This document shows, in pieces, positions 44,841 through 54,026 of a DNA stretch of 64,000 nucleotides (position 1 is the first letter of the stretch; every line of letters begins with the position of its first letter). Origin of the DNA: Sedimentisphaerales bacterium. GTDB taxonomy: Bacteria > Planctomycetota > Phycisphaerae > Sedimentisphaerales > UBA12454. The stretch lies in NCBI GenBank assembly GCA_050014075.1, contig JBEKEA010000002.1, positions 26,860-90,859 of the forward strand. Reading direction: 5' to 3'. A program made the translations under genes and the position numbers. A model generated the notes under the pieces. It was given only the letters and a program-made list of their open reading frames with translations, did not search any database and was not told where the DNA came from.

Positions 44841-45914
44841 TCAAGCACTTAAGAATTTAAGAGCGGCGCGGCTGACGAGGCCGACCGCATCGGGAGATGG
44901 CTTTTGAAAATCAGAGGAGTCGAATTTGAAGGTTTTTGTCTTTGGGCCAATGGGGGAATAAATATCGGGATTGGACGGCCCGAAACAGGTAATCGCTGGA
45001 ATGCCGCAAGTCGAGGCGATATGCGCGACGCCGGTGTCGTTGCCGACAAAGCAGCCGGCACAGCAGAGGAGCTGAAATGTCTGGGTAAGCGAAAATTCAG
45101 TCAGCATCGGGGCAAGGGCGGATATTCTGTCGATGGTTTTTTTGTTGAAACGTTCCAGTTCCGCAGGGCCGAGAAGGAAAATTACTGTTTCGCCGGCTTC
45201 GAGCAGCTCTTCGGCCAATAAATAAAAGTTATCTATGTGCCAGCATTTTTTTTCGCCTCCGCTGCCGGGATGAATTATGGCGGGTTTGTATTTTTTCTTT
45301 AAGCCGAGCGAATCGAGAATCCTGCGGCCCGCGGCAAGGTCGGATTTGAGGGGCTTTAGAAATTTTTTCTTATCAACGGTGAAACGGGGCTGCGATTTGC
45401 GATGGTTGTAATCGGGGCAGGAGGAGAGAATCGAATCGATATAAAATTTTGTGATGTGATACTTGTAACCTGCAGGAGGCTTTGGCAAGAGAGTAACGAC
45501 CTCGACGGCGTTGCTGCAGTTTGCGGTATAAATCAGGTTGTGCTCGAAGTCGTCGCCGGGTGAGCCGAGAAAAGTAAAGATATACTGGAAACCCGCGAAG
45601 GCGGTTACCAGCGGGTCGCCGTCCGGGACTTCAAAATCTTTTTTGGCGACGAAAAGCCTGTGCAAATCGACGGAGTCGAGGTCTCTTATACTGTCGATGC
45701 CGCTTCGGGTCGGGAAATATTCCATATAATTACTTCTGCCGAGAATGGTGATAGTGCCGATATCGAGAGTTTTTTTCAGGAATTGCGCAATCGGCAGCGT
45801 CAGGACGCAATCGCCTATAGCGCCGGGTTGAATAATCAGGGCACGGTTGGCGGTCTTATGCGATTCTTTTTCGGCAGAAGATAAAATATTCAAAATGTCG
45901 CGTTCTTCGTTCAT
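44841..45914 (-). CDS. glycosyltransferase family 9 (LPS heptosyltransferase-like)
   Basis: Contains ALIIQPGAIGDCVLTLP and FVGNDTGVAHIASTCGIPAITCFGPSNP, GT9 hallmarks. Confidence 0.8.
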   Translation of the reverse strand: MNEERDILNILSSAEKESHKTANRALIIQPGAIGDCVLTLPIAQFLKKTLDIGTITILGRSNYMEYFPTRSGIDSIRDLDSVDLHRLFVAKKDFEVPDGDPLVTAFAGFQYIFTFLGSPGDDFEHNLIYTANCSNAVEVVTLLPKPPAGYKYHITKFYIDSILSSCPDYNHRKSQPRFTVDKKKFLKPLKSDLAAGRRILDSLGLKKKYKPAIIHPGSGGEKKCWHIDNFYLLAEELLEAGETVIFLLGPAELERFNKKTIDRISALAPMLTEFSLTQTFQLLCCAGCFVGNDTGVAHIASTCGIPAITCFGPSNPDIYSPIGPKTKTFKFDSSDFQKPSPDAVGLVSRAALKFLSA

Positions 45915-46996
45915 TGGTCCAGAGCCTTGTCAATCCATGCGCCGCCGGCCATTTTAAGACCAAGAGGCGTTTGGAGATAATAAACAACAGCCTGGCCGGG
46001 CGTTACCGCTCGCAGAGGCTGGTCGAATTCCACTTTTACGCAATTTTGCTGCGGGTAAACGGTACCATCAACCGGCTTATGATTATAACGTATTTTTATT
46101 TTCGCCGCAAATGGCTGGGTCGGAATATCAATGAGCCAATTGGGACCGGAGGCCAGAAGCGATTTGCAAATCAGGTCTTCGGCGGGGCCAAGCGTTACTG
46201 TGTTTGTGATACTGTCGAGTTTTGTAACATACCAGGGAATGCCCATAGCGACTTTTACGCCTCTGCGCTGGCCGATAGTGAAATTATGAATGCCGGTATG
46301 TGTGCCGAGGATTTTGCCGGCGGTGTCGATAATGCTTCCCTCTTTCGCGACGTCGGGGCAAAGCTGACAGAGTTTGGCGGCGTAATCGTTATCCGGAATG
46401 AAGCAGATTTCCTGCGAATCGGGTTTGTCGCTTACTGAAAGACCAAGTTTTGTTGCCATTTGACGGGTTTGCTCTTTGTTATCGAAACTGCCGAGCGGAA
46501 AAATCAGATACGGCAAAACGGCACGGTCAATCATCGCAAGGGCGTAAGACTGGTCTTTTGCAGTGTTGGCGGCGGTGTAAAGAGCGGCCCCGGCGGGGTC
46601 GTGATGAATGGCAACATAATGGCCGGTAGCGAAAAAATCGGCACCGTTTGCTCTTGCGTAATCGAACAATTTTCCAAACTTGATGAGGCGATTGCACAGG
46701 ACGCAGGGATTTGGAGTTCTGGCGTGCTTGTACTGGCCGCAAAAATAATCGAGAATGGTTTTAAAATCTTCTCTTAAATCCAGGGCCTGGAATTTAATGC
46801 CGAGCTGTTTTGCAATAGCCCGGGCGTCGTCGCAGTGCTGCTGGGCGTGGTCGTGAACAATCATAAAGACTGCGGTGCAGTCGCATCCTGCCTCGAGGAG
46901 CAGCGCGGCAGCGGTAGAGCTGTCAACTCCGCCGCTGGCCGCGACAAAAACTTTTTTACCTTTTATTGACTTTGTATTATCCAATCCGGTGCACAA
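45911..46996 (-). CDS. mnmA: tRNA 2-thiouridine(34) synthase
   Basis: PP-loop VFVAASGGVDSS, with the conserved NPCVLCN and GHY motifs. Confidence 0.93.
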   Translation of the reverse strand: MCTGLDNTKSIKGKKVFVAASGGVDSSTAAALLLEAGCDCTAVFMIVHDHAQQHCDDARAIAKQLGIKFQALDLREDFKTILDYFCGQYKHARTPNPCVLCNRLIKFGKLFDYARANGADFFATGHYVAIHHDPAGAALYTAANTAKDQSYALAMIDRAVLPYLIFPLGSFDNKEQTRQMATKLGLSVSDKPDSQEICFIPDNDYAAKLCQLCPDVAKEGSIIDTAGKILGTHTGIHNFTIGQRRGVKVAMGIPWYVTKLDSITNTVTLGPAEDLICKSLLASGPNWLIDIPTQPFAAKIKIRYNHKPVDGTVYPQQNCVKVEFDQPLRAVTPGQAVVYYLQTPLGLKMAGGAWIDKALDQ

Positions 46997-47005
46997 CGAA
47001 TTTTA

Positions 47006-47842
47006 TTATTTCTTCTTTTCGAACAGTCCCTTGAGCTTACTTGCCGCATCCTGTGTTCCCTGGTCTGTAGAGCTGCCTGCGGGTTTGTCTGTGGGTTTAA
47101 AAAGCCCTTTTATGCTTTCGGTGGCCGATTCAAACGATTTTCCTGCATTCTGAATGGAACCAGTTAAATCGGACGGGAGAATGCCGGCGCCTTTAGCCGC
47201 TATTTCGGCTGAAATCGCTGCGAATATTTTGCCGACAACATCGCCGAGGGATGATTTTTCGCCGCCTAAGTTAGACAGATGTATTGATGCGATTCTTAAA
47301 GTTAAGGCATCGGATTTGCCGGGTATAGGGAGAAGTTTTGCGGTTACACCAATGTTTTTCATATCGACAGTTGAAATGTGAACGCTTTTGCCTTTTTTTG
47401 CCGGCTCGGCAGTCTTAGTCTCGGTTTGCTGCGGCTTTGGCATTGATTTGAGTATGTCGCTAAGATTGTTCGTCATGCCTTTCTGCTCGATTACCATAGT
47501 GACGCCGTCAATCGTAATATCGTTGATTTCGACAGGGTTGCTTAAAAGCGAACTGATACTGGTTGTTACCGAAATTGAGTTTGCTTCGAGAACATTTTTA
47601 TACTGGTAGCCGGGCGGGTTTCCGATTTTGAGATTGGAAATTGTAACGTTGCCAGAAAAAATGCTCAAGCTCACCATTGCCGCGGAGGCGTCGACGTTGA
47701 GCTGCTGCTTAACAGCGGTTTTAATAGCATACTTAAGTATGCCGTCGATGGAAACAAATCCGATAATCACCACAAGAAAAATTATTACAATTGCAGCGAT
47801 GAGAACATTGGAGCCATGACTTTTTTTAGTTTTTTCGGCCAT
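47006..47842 (-). CDS. membrane-anchored AsmA-like/DUF748-like protein
   Basis: N-terminal TM segment, then LSIFSGNVTISNLKIGNPPGY, which resembles the AsmA-family N-terminal region. Confidence 0.45.
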   Translation of the reverse strand: MAEKTKKSHGSNVLIAAIVIIFLVVIIGFVSIDGILKYAIKTAVKQQLNVDASAAMVSLSIFSGNVTISNLKIGNPPGYQYKNVLEANSISVTTSISSLLSNPVEINDITIDGVTMVIEQKGMTNNLSDILKSMPKPQQTETKTAEPAKKGKSVHISTVDMKNIGVTAKLLPIPGKSDALTLRIASIHLSNLGGEKSSLGDVVGKIFAAISAEIAAKGAGILPSDLTGSIQNAGKSFESATESIKGLFKPTDKPAGSSTDQGTQDAASKLKGLFEKKK

Positions 47843-47865
47843 TTTAGTACTCCTTCACACAAATT

Positions 47866-49560
47866 TTACTGGCTATTGTTCTTGACGATTTTATTTAACT
47901 GGTCCAGCAAATCCTGCGAGACCTTAAATCCCTGCTGCTGGGCGATTTTGGCGTGGTTGAGAGCCTGGCTGTATTTGTTGAGCATATAAAAAGTGATAGC
48001 GAGGTTGTTGTGAGCGGCAGGATAGTTCCAGCGAAACTCAACGGCTTTTAAATAAGAATCTTTGGCCTCCTGATATTGTTTTTGTTCCGAATACGCGACG
48101 GCCAGATTAAAATAAAGGTTCGGGTCTTTCGGACTTAGTTTTATCGCGGTTTTATATTTGTCTTCAGCGAGGTCGTAACGCTTTTTGCCCATATAAACGC
48201 CTGCAAGATTCTGGTAGGCTGCGAGCATATTCGGGTCGCATTTTATCGCGTCTTCATAGGCCTGGATTTCATCATCCGGCCAGCCGAGCTTGTCGCAAAC
48301 AAGACCGATGCCCAGATGCGCTCTGGCGTTGTGCGGGTCGAAATAAACAGCGGAGCGGAACTGTTCGATAGCATCGTAATACATTTCCTTCTGGAAATAG
48401 GCGTAGCCAAGACCGCAGGCGGCCTCGACGGAGTTGGGTTTTAAGGCAAGAACAAGACGGTAATTCGAAATGGCCTTATCATACTGAGCGCGGTCGTGAT
48501 AAATACCGGCAAGAATCATATATATATCCGGGTCGTGCGAATTGATGTCGATGGCCTGCTTGAGCACTGATATCGCTTTGTCGCTTTGACCTTTCGAATG
48601 ATACGCCTGGGCTAGCCCTTTGTAAATTTCCATATAATTGGGGTCAAGCTCGAGCGCAATGGAGTATTGCTTGATTGCAATATCCGTCTGGCCTTTTTTC
48701 CTGTACGCATTGGCAAGATTGTGATGAGTTTTGGCGTCGGCATAATTAATTCTCAGAGCCTCCTGGTACTGCTCAATCGCCAAATCGGGCATATTTTTCT
48801 TCACGTAAATATTGCCGAGATTGGTCCTGGATTCCGGCAGAGAAGGATTTAGCGCAACAGCCAGTTGCTGATAATAAAAAGCGTAATCTATCTGATTGCT
48901 GGTGTAATAAATATTGGCCAGGTTGTTAAAAAAGCATCCTATGGTTTCCTTCCTGGTGAGGTTTCGAAGGTAAATGCCGTTCGAGCTGTCAGGAATTTTG
49001 AATTCTTTTATATAGTGCTTGTCGGGCGGGCTTACGCCGCTCAGAGTGGTTTCAATATTGAACGATACGCCTTTATCTGTGCAGCGAACAAAGAAATGGC
49101 CCGGCACGACCACGCCATTGAGCGGCAGATTGAGCCTTTCGCCGATGGAAAGATACAGAATCGACAGGCTCAGACAATAACCTCTTTTGTTATCGATGAC
49201 GGTGTTTAGAAAAAGGTCGTCGGGATTGTCGGCGTTGCTTACGGGCTTAAAACCCATTTCCTTGAATAAAAGATTATTGATAGCCTCAGCTATCTTGTGG
49301 CTGTTAGTAGAATTACCGACATTTTTGCGGACCTGGTCGGCCATATCATCGATGATATCAAGATAATGATTAATGTTGAGCTGAGTGTTCCACCTTTTGC
49401 TTACCAGCAGAATACTGGCGGCAACGTCGATGTCGTCTTCGTCAAGCTTTAGAACCTGTTCAATCGAATTGGGATAATTTCCCGACGGAACGGCTTTTAC
49501 AGCAGGGGCAAATGCCAGGCAAGTTGTAATCAGTATGAAAGAATAAAATATCGTTTTCAT
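47866..49560 (-). CDS. secreted transglutaminase-like domain plus TPR-repeat protein
   Basis: Signal peptide, KRGYCLSLSILYLSIGERLNLPLNGVVVPGHFFVR (transglutaminase-like/SirB1-type), and about 9 TPR units. Confidence 0.7.
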   Translation of the reverse strand: MKTIFYSFILITTCLAFAPAVKAVPSGNYPNSIEQVLKLDEDDIDVAASILLVSKRWNTQLNINHYLDIIDDMADQVRKNVGNSTNSHKIAEAINNLLFKEMGFKPVSNADNPDDLFLNTVIDNKRGYCLSLSILYLSIGERLNLPLNGVVVPGHFFVRCTDKGVSFNIETTLSGVSPPDKHYIKEFKIPDSSNGIYLRNLTRKETIGCFFNNLANIYYTSNQIDYAFYYQQLAVALNPSLPESRTNLGNIYVKKNMPDLAIEQYQEALRINYADAKTHHNLANAYRKKGQTDIAIKQYSIALELDPNYMEIYKGLAQAYHSKGQSDKAISVLKQAIDINSHDPDIYMILAGIYHDRAQYDKAISNYRLVLALKPNSVEAACGLGYAYFQKEMYYDAIEQFRSAVYFDPHNARAHLGIGLVCDKLGWPDDEIQAYEDAIKCDPNMLAAYQNLAGVYMGKKRYDLAEDKYKTAIKLSPKDPNLYFNLAVAYSEQKQYQEAKDSYLKAVEFRWNYPAAHNNLAITFYMLNKYSQALNHAKIAQQQGFKVSQDLLDQLNKIVKNNSQ

Positions 49561-49862
49561 TTGCTTTGGCTCACAATGTCATCAATAGCTTGCTCGGTAA
49601 CATTTTTTACAGATACCTGTTTAACTTTGGCGGTCAGACCCGCTGTAATAGCTATATACGCTTTCGGAACGTTAAGTATCTCCGACAGAAAATTAACAAG
49701 TGCCTGGTTCGCTTTGCCTTTTTCGGGCACGGCGGAAAGCCTGATTTTTAACATTCCATTGTATATCCCCGCGACCTGCGTTTTGCTGCTGCGAGGCACA
49801 ACCTTGACATTAAAAAGCAGCAGGCCGTCTTTTTTGACAATTTTCAACGCGTCGTCAGACAT
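49557..49862 (-). CDS. DUF167 (YggU) family protein
   Basis: Contains VKVVPRSSKTQVAGIYNGMLKIRLSAVPEKGKANQALVNFLSEIL. Confidence 0.8.
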   Translation of the reverse strand: MSDDALKIVKKDGLLLFNVKVVPRSSKTQVAGIYNGMLKIRLSAVPEKGKANQALVNFLSEILNVPKAYIAITAGLTAKVKQVSVKNVTEQAIDDIVSQSK

Positions 49863-50169
49863 CTAAGCCGTATTCCCTGATATTTTTGCCGACGGCAGCC
49901 TGGATATAACGCTCTATCTGCGAGGCAAGCTCGCCGACGGCTTCAATTTGAAAATCCTCATAATGGCCGGGCACAAATTCACCGTTCAGCGCTTTTTTGA
50001 AGACCTTGACCCTTATAATCGGGCAGGCGTGGTCTTTTTTGCTGAAATCGGAGTTCTGGTGCTCGGTAAGCTCAATTCGCCAGTCTTCGCTGATGAATAC
50101 CAGCGCTTTGCCTGTAAAAACAGAGGTTGGAAAAAATTCATAAAGCGATTTAAGTATATCCATTTTCAA
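49855..50169 (-). CDS. hypothetical protein
   Basis: 104-aa ORF overlapping the DUF167 start by 8 nt (operon context). No recognisable motif. Confidence 0.45.
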   Translation of the reverse strand: MKMDILKSLYEFFPTSVFTGKALVFISEDWRIELTEHQNSDFSKKDHACPIIRVKVFKKALNGEFVPGHYEDFQIEAVGELASQIERYIQAAVGKNIREYGLDV

Positions 50170-50311
50170 TGCCTGTAAAAATCAATAGTATTATATCATG
50201 CTCAGTTTAATATTTCCGATAATCCGCGGGTAACACCTTTTAAATAAGATGTTGCGATTTTCATCGCGGAAGTTTCTTACCCTTAAGGGTATATTATAGC
50301 TTTTTAATAAA

Positions 50312-51256
50312 TTATTTCAAGCTGCCGATAAGTTCGGCAACAGCGGTAATATTTTGCCGCCGCAGGTAGTCCTTAATCCCCTGGATAATTTTAACCGCAC
50401 AATCAGGATAGATAAACCCGCCTGTGCCTATCGTAACGGCTGTCGCGCCGGCGATGATAAACTCAACAGCGTCGGATGCGGTTCTAATTCCTCCGCCGCC
50501 GATTATAGGAACGCCTGCCGGTTTGGCTACTTCATTGTAAACTTTATTCACAAGATAAACCGCAATCGGCTTTATGGCAGGGCCGGAAAGGCCGCCGGTG
50601 CGATTGGCCAGAACAGGCCGTTTGGTCTCAATATCGATAACCATCGCGGTAAAAGTATTAACAAGACTCAGGGCATCTGCGCCGCATTCAACCGCTGCGC
50701 GGGCAATTGCGCTGATGTCAGTAACGGACGGCGTAAGTTTGACAATGAGGATTTTGTCGCGGACGACTTTTTTTACCTCGGTTGTAATCTGGCGGACAAG
50801 AGCAGGGTCTGTGCCGAAGGTTATGCCGCCTTGTTTGACGTTGGGACAACTTATATTTAATTCCAGACCTGCTATTCGGCGGCATTGCGAAAGTTTGTCG
50901 GCAACGGCGACGTATTCATCGATGGTCTGGCCGGCGATATTTACAAAAAACGGAGTTTTATATCGTTCCATCATCGGGACTTTTTCCTGAATGAATTTTT
51001 CGACGCCGATGTTCGCAAGGCCGATAGCGTTTAGCATTCCCGAATCGGTTTCGACAATCCGCGGGACATCATTGCCAAGCCGAGGTTTGATGGTGATGCT
51101 TTTTGTTATAAAAGCGCCGAGCTGATTTATATCAAGAAAATCATCGAGCTCATCGACGTAGCCGCACGTTCCGGATGCGGTAATCAGCGGGTTAATCAGG
51201 CTGACTTTGCCGACATTTACTGAAAGATTAATATCGTTGTTTTTCTTTATTCCCAT
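50312..51256 (-). CDS. pyrD: dihydroorotate dehydrogenase, class 1B catalytic subunit
   Basis: Contains NPLITASGTCGY, GLELNISCPN and GGLSGPAIKPIA. Confidence 0.93.
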   Translation of the reverse strand: MGIKKNNDINLSVNVGKVSLINPLITASGTCGYVDELDDFLDINQLGAFITKSITIKPRLGNDVPRIVETDSGMLNAIGLANIGVEKFIQEKVPMMERYKTPFFVNIAGQTIDEYVAVADKLSQCRRIAGLELNISCPNVKQGGITFGTDPALVRQITTEVKKVVRDKILIVKLTPSVTDISAIARAAVECGADALSLVNTFTAMVIDIETKRPVLANRTGGLSGPAIKPIAVYLVNKVYNEVAKPAGVPIIGGGGIRTASDAVEFIIAGATAVTIGTGGFIYPDCAVKIIQGIKDYLRRQNITAVAELIGSLK

Positions 51257-52188
51257 ACGACCTCATCAGACCAGAAAACAGGGCCGTCCTTACAGCAGAG
51301 CTTGTATATAGTGTTTCCGCTCGCTTTATCGCGGCATTTAACCGCGCAGCTTTGGCATAAGCCTGTTCCGCAGGCCATCCTGCGTTCAAGGCTGACCTGG
51401 CAGGGGAGTTTGAACTGCGAACTAATCGCAGTGGTCGCGGAAAGCATCGCTTCAGGGCCGCAGGCGTAAACTATCGTGTCTTTGCCGTCAGGTTTATTTT
51501 TAGTAAGCCAGTTTTCTAAAGATTGCGAAATAAATCCCTTAGTGCCGGCAGTACCATCGTCTGTGCTTATAAATGTTTTGATATTAAGCCGGCTAAATTC
51601 GCCGAGGGTGATATCTGTTTCTTTCTTTAGCTTGCTCGTTTCAATATCGAAAAATGCCAGACCCGCCAATGTCTTTGCGCCGACAAAAGCAATTAACTCG
51701 ATAGGACATTGTTTTTTCAAGACCTTGGCAAGATGTATAAGTGGGGGAGCGCCCATTCCGCCGGCGACAAGTAACGCAAGTTTTTTATTTTCCGGCAATT
51801 TAAAGCCGCTGCCAAGCGGACCAATGAAATTAACAGAGTCTCCGATTTTGAGAGTTTTCATTCTCAATGTCGCAGGGCCCAGAACGCAATAAAGAATTTC
51901 CACGACAGTAGTATCATTATTGCAATCGATGTCGGCAAAGCTGAAAGGTCTTCGCAGAATAATATCTCTTTGAGCCGAGTCCCAAAGCTGGCCAGGAATT
52001 AACTTCTCAGACGGCAGGGCAAGTTTTGAAACATCAATTTCAATAAATTGGCCGGCAGATGCGTGTGAAAATGGGATGTTAGCCTTTTTTTCAAGTTCGA
52101 GAGTTAAACGGCAAAATTTATCGCCCAGGCTGCGATTCATTAAGACTGTCGCGTTGAAGATTCCTTTTTTTGACGGTGAGTCTGTCAT
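51247..52188 (-). CDS. pyrK: dihydroorotate dehydrogenase electron-transfer subunit
   Basis: FAD/NAD-binding fold with a C-terminal 2Fe-2S motif MACGTGLCQSCAV. Overlaps the pyrD start. Confidence 0.88.
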   Translation of the reverse strand: MTDSPSKKGIFNATVLMNRSLGDKFCRLTLELEKKANIPFSHASAGQFIEIDVSKLALPSEKLIPGQLWDSAQRDIILRRPFSFADIDCNNDTTVVEILYCVLGPATLRMKTLKIGDSVNFIGPLGSGFKLPENKKLALLVAGGMGAPPLIHLAKVLKKQCPIELIAFVGAKTLAGLAFFDIETSKLKKETDITLGEFSRLNIKTFISTDDGTAGTKGFISQSLENWLTKNKPDGKDTIVYACGPEAMLSATTAISSQFKLPCQVSLERRMACGTGLCQSCAVKCRDKASGNTIYKLCCKDGPVFWSDEVVWE

Positions 52189-52602
52189 AAGTAGCTATAT
52201 TTAAATCAATTACGCAATGAAATGTCAATACATTTATGGTGAGCCAGCTTGTCCTGTTTACCCTGAGCTTGTCGAAGGGAGCAGCATCGAAGGAGTCGAA
52301 TCCATAAAAAAACTCCCGGAATAGTCATCCACTGGCATTCCGGAAGTTCGCCACGGCTTAAAAGCCGCAAAAATCTCGTTTTCATCGGGCGTAAGTATAT
52401 CCATCACAGATATGATTGTCAATCTACTTAGAAAAATTACAAAAAATTGCATAACTATTTATGAATGAATAAGTTATGGTAAAAAAATACGAAAAATTGG
52501 AAAAATTTAGAATAAATCGCAAATATGCGCAATAAGTTATTGTGCAGTAATGACTTAGATTATTTGTTGATTTGCGTGCAGTTTCTTGTAGAATCTCTGC
52601 CT

Positions 52603-53988
52603 ATGTCTAAAATAAAAACAGGATGTTTTGCGGTACTGGCGCTGGTTTTTTTGCAGCAGTTGGCTTGCGGCGCGACTCTGCAGGAAAAGATAAATGAAAT
52701 AATTTCGAGGAAAGACCAGAAGAACGTTCAATACAGCATTGCGGTTCTCGATCCTCAAACCGGCAACTGCGTTTACAGTAATAATCCAGCAAGGTCGCTG
52801 ACGCCGGCTTCGAATATGAAACTTGTAACAAGTTTCACTACGCTGAAACGGCTCGGAGCCAATTATAATTTTGTAACAAAGGCCGGCCTGATTGACCAAA
52901 AACTTGTCGTAATTGGAAGCGGCGACCCGCTTTTAGGTCTGCCCGGCAAAGATTTCATTACGAAAATTGTCGATTCTCTTAAAGCTAAGGGAATTAATAA
53001 ATTAGACGGCGTAATAATCGATAGTTCTATTTTCGACGGCGAATACTTTCATCAGAATTGGCCAAAAGCACAGCTTAACAGGCCTTATGCCTGCGAAATA
53101 AGCGGGCTGAATTATAACGGCAACTGCATAAAAATTACCGCAACAAACGTCGCAGGCAAAATTAAACTGACTAAAGAGCCAAATACGATGTTTTTGCGAT
53201 TACTAAATAATGTTAATGTCGCACCGACATCAAAGGGCGAAAGCGAAGTAGGCTCAAACCGGACCGAGCAGGAAAATATGATTATGGTTTACGGTAAATG
53301 CAAAAATACCGCTTCATTCGATGTCGCAATCGAAAAGTCGCCGCAGTTTTTCGGTTATCTTCTTTGCGAAAGCCTTGGCAGGGCAGGGGTTGCGATTGCA
53401 AATCCTGTAGCAACCGAAGCAGGCGTCAATCCGCAAAATATGCAAATCGTCGCTGAATTCAATACACCCATAATGGAAGTAATTCATAACTGCAATAAAG
53501 ACAGTCTGCATATAGCCGCGGAGAGCCTTTTAAAGACTTTGGCTGCAAGTAGTTCCGGCGGCAAGGCAGGAAGCTGGCAGGGCGGCAGGAACGCAATAGA
53601 TAGTTATCTTGCGAGCCTGGGAGCTACCAAAGGCGAATATTATATCGACGACGGAAGCGGACTTAGCAGCGTAAATAAACTTTCAGCAAATGTGCTAACT
53701 AAAGTGCTTCTCGACGCTTATAAAAGCCCGCTTTGGCTGGCGTTCAAGCAGACACTTGCCGTCGGCGGAGTAGATGGCACAATAAAAAAACAATTCTATA
53801 AAGCAAAATATAAAAACAGGGTCTTCGCAAAAACCGGATATATCAACGGCGTTCGAGCCCTTTCCGGCGTGTGCGTAACCTTAGGCACCAACAAGGAATA
53901 TATCTTTTCAATCGTTACAAACAACGCAAATTACCCCACCAAAAAAGCAATATTCGATATCGTTCAGTCAATTATGGATTCTCAATAA
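52603..53988 (+). CDS. dacB: D-alanyl-D-alanine carboxypeptidase/endopeptidase (PBP4, peptidase S13)
   Basis: The ATG at 52603 (MSKIKTGCFAVLALVFLQQLACG signal) is preferred over 52525. SxxK active site PASNMKLVT, with a KTG motif (AKTGYI) near the C-terminus. Confidence 0.85.
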   Translation: MSKIKTGCFAVLALVFLQQLACGATLQEKINEIISRKDQKNVQYSIAVLDPQTGNCVYSNNPARSLTPASNMKLVTSFTTLKRLGANYNFVTKAGLIDQKLVVIGSGDPLLGLPGKDFITKIVDSLKAKGINKLDGVIIDSSIFDGEYFHQNWPKAQLNRPYACEISGLNYNGNCIKITATNVAGKIKLTKEPNTMFLRLLNNVNVAPTSKGESEVGSNRTEQENMIMVYGKCKNTASFDVAIEKSPQFFGYLLCESLGRAGVAIANPVATEAGVNPQNMQIVAEFNTPIMEVIHNCNKDSLHIAAESLLKTLAASSSGGKAGSWQGGRNAIDSYLASLGATKGEYYIDDGSGLSSVNKLSANVLTKVLLDAYKSPLWLAFKQTLAVGGVDGTIKKQFYKAKYKNRVFAKTGYINGVRALSGVCVTLGTNKEYIFSIVTNNANYPTKKAIFDIVQSIMDSQ

Positions 53989-53997
53989 TTGACTGGA

Positions 53998-54026
53998 GTT
54001 GATAGTTGGTAGTTGATAGTCATAAG
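53998..54026. repeat. heptad tandem element (GTTGATA, inverted orientation of TATCAAC)
   Basis: Reads gttgata gttggta gttgata gtcataag, 10 nt after the dacB stop. Confidence 0.85.

Noticed and set aside
6765-52602. Long N-terminal extensions given by the ORF track (starts at 6765, 25870, 30889, 32661, 35112, 52525, 62462)
   Set aside because: In each case an internal ATG has better support: an SD, a signal peptide or TM segment at the new N-terminus, agreement with a paralog, or avoidance of reading through repeats or overlapping the neighbouring gene. I used those downstream starts instead.
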